Assembly: GCF_001194135.2 (NCBI RefSeq)
Contig: NC_068983.1
Location: 27,153,108-27,207,663, forward strand
Direction: 5' to 3'
DNA: 54,556 nt
Source of the DNA: Octopus bimaculoides
Lineage: Eukaryota
Part shown: piece after piece, positions 52,201 through 54,556 of the stretch
Numbering within the stretch: the first letter of the stretch is position 1
Layout: every line of letters begins with the position of its first letter
Notes under the pieces: model-generated
The model's database searches: none
Seen by the model: the letters and a program-made list of their open reading frames with translations, nothing else
Told to the model about the DNA's origin: nothing
Made by a program: the position numbers and the translations under genes

Positions 52201-52587
52201 GGAAATGAAAAATCTCCGTTTAAATATAAAGTACTTGTAAGCTAACGATTGTAAGATAACGATTTTTCACTTTTTAGTCAAGCTAATGTTTGATGTATCA
52301 GCTTCATGTACCTGAGAAGTCTGAAAATGAAGCTAAAAAAAAAAGTTAAGGAAGGGTTAGCACTCTCGAAATCGGTTTGATGTACCCTACATATAAGTGT
52401 GTGTGTGTGTGTGTATATGTGTGTGTATATATTTGTGTGAGTGTGTTTGTATATAGATGTGTGTATGTATGTATTTAGATGTGTGTATGTATGTATATAG
52501 AGGTGTGTATGTATGTATATCAGTGTTTATGTGCGTCTTTGCACGTGCTTGTTTCCAGCCACAGCTTGACAACCGGTGTTGGTGTGT

Positions 52588-52588
<1 letters not shown>

Positions 52589-52630
<42 letters not shown>

Positions 52631-52820
52631 GTAGGTAGGTAGGTAGGTAGGTAGGTAGGTAGGCAGGTAGGTAGGCAGGCAGGCAGGCAGACAGGCAGGT
52701 AGGTAGGTAGGTAGGTAGGTGGGTAGGTAGGTAGGTAGGTAGGTAGGAAGGTAGGTAGGTAGGTAGGTAGGTAGGTAGGTAGGTAGGTAGGTAGGTAGGT
52801 AGGTAGGTAAATAGATAGAT
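52589..52820. repeat. Compound tetranucleotide array (GATA)n-(GGTA)n-(GGCA)n-(GGTA)n
   Basis: Direct. Confidence 0.97.
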
Positions 52821-54396
52821 GTGGGCAAAAAGTAATATTTGTATACGAGCAAAATTTTAGATTGACTAAATTATTTTTAAATTGTGTGATACCCAGAATT
52901 TTCCCTGGGCAAGAGATATCTGTGCGGGAAATGTCAAGACGAGAAATGGAATATATGTTATAGATAGTCTTTTCAGGGTAATATTTCTCAGTTCAATCGA
53001 AATTGGAGAGGAAGAACAGATAAACTTTATGGCAGAAAGAAAAAGGATCATGAGAAAAAGACTACAAGTTAGATTTGTAGTAAATAATGAAATACGTACA
53101 AATTTTAAGAAGCCGAATTGGAACAAGGAAGTAAACATATAATTTAGACTACGTGTTTCTTGAGAAGATAGAGAGATAGAGATTGAGAAAGTGGGAGATA
53201 TATAGGTAGAGTTTGCCTTATAGTGCGAGTTTGTCGAAGGGAACGAATTTAATAATTTAGATACAGAGGAGTCCCTTAATTGAAAAATGTAAGGGGATTT
53301 AGCTTTGAGAATAAAACAAAGACATGCGGTGGTATAGGGGCGATCGGAAGTTGATGTGACTAAGCTAGAGAGAAAAACACACTTGGTAAAGAATATAAGG
53401 CAATAAGTCAAATATGTGTGTATGTGCTTCTATATATTTGTGAGTGTGAGTGCGGATGGAGAAGGTAAGCGAGATCGACTTAACAGAATAACTGATATCT
53501 GAATTTAATCCATTTATTGACGTAGTGATAAATGGAAACGAAACGCGGTAGGTTGCTAACACGAGAAATGAGGAAGGAAAAGGTACAGATATAACCACAA
53601 AAAAAGGGGCAAATATTTAGCACTGATAACAGAGCAAGCAAGTTCAATACATGCCAGGTATTAGCAACTCTGTATGTGTGTGTGCGTGTGTGTAATAGGT
53701 ACATACATGCATGCACACATACATACATACATACATACATACATACATACATACATACATACATACATACACAGGCATGTACTATATATAAATTAATTAG
53801 ATATATATAACTGTGGTAGTGCATATGTTCACTCGTATGTGTATATATACGTACACATACGAGTAAGAATGTATGTACATACAATGTATGTGTGTGTATA
53901 GATACATTAACAAATGAGATTGAAATGTGTCGTAGACATTTTTAACTTTTTATTTCATTACTCCGAGATAAAAAAACAATATAGACTCTTTCAGATAGAG
54001 TAAATATTCGCTTATGCTTATCATATCTTATAAACCGTAACGGTCATTGTTCTCTTCATAAAAGGCACTAATTCTAGATGATTTATTAACGTTTTCTAAA
54101 TTTAGAGGAAGGAAACTGTACCTATAGTTTTCTTCTTTTATGTATGTGCGAGTTTTGACATGTCTACCCATATGTAACTTCTTTACTACACAAGAGTAGA
54201 ATCTATTTTTACAATTCGTATGTATTCGTTTCAGTATTATACTTTCGGTCCCGGGAAATATAATGTTTAATATTTAATTTCGTTCCAAACCTTATAATTT
54301 TCATGTAAACAAAATTAGTAGCCAAATAATATATAATTTACTCTTATATTTTCTAATACATTATTTTTTGTCAAAGATGAATTATGTATGGATGCA

Positions 54397-54397
<1 letters not shown>

Positions 54398-54457
<60 letters not shown>
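54398..54457. repeat. (CTAT)n microsatellite
   Basis: Direct. Confidence 0.97.
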
Positions 54458-54519
54458 GTCAATCAATCGCTTCCTCTATCGACCTATCAATCTCCCTCCT
54501 CTCTCTCTCCCCCTATATA

Positions 54520-54556
54520 TATGCATATATTCCGTATTCCCGAGCGTCATACTAAT
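54520..54556 (+). repeat. Probable PLE terminal repeat, copy 3, cut by the window edge
   Basis: ttccgtattcccgagcgtcatactaat is identical to 40945-40971. Confidence 0.75.

Noticed and set aside
52866-53411. 181-aa minus-strand hydrophobic ORF
   Set aside because: The complement of a purine-rich plus strand that looks like a decayed LINE end (stop-riddled); its composition reflects strand bias.
80-54556. Most ORFs in the supplied track (LSIY, HTHT, CVCV, YIYI, poly-I/N/D/M, and X-filled ORFs)
   Set aside because: They are translations of microsatellites or N-gaps.

Overview
Eukaryotic, AT-rich draft-scaffold DNA with about 15 N-gaps, most of them abutting a microsatellite. The SINE, LINE and microsatellite repertoire resembles a cephalopod (Octopus-like) genome; this is recognition from memory, not a database result. 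I found no confidently identifiable host protein-coding gene, rRNA, tRNA or CRISPR array, so the window looks intergenic or intronic. It is a mosaic of decayed mobile elements: at least 7 R4/Dong-type RLE non-LTR fragments (mostly in the first 18 kb, often next to (AAT)n/(GAT)n), Penelope-like fragments (RT, GIY-YIG and a terminal repeat carrying a hammerhead-like core), a Helitron helicase remnant, three Tc1/mariner remnants, a hAT transposase N-terminus, RTE-like and HERO/NeSL-like fragments, and tRNA-derived SINEs. The most unusual structures are a 380-bp near-perfect palindrome that duplicates a hAT-like end together with its flank, and a 47-bp inverted piece at a Dong 5' junction that is nearly identical to a copy 5.8 kb away. 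I also note the hammerhead-like relic and two weak, unexplained coding-like signals at 21.4-25.1 kb. I see no strong evidence for a new biological system. Element boundaries are approximate unless exact junctions are quoted.
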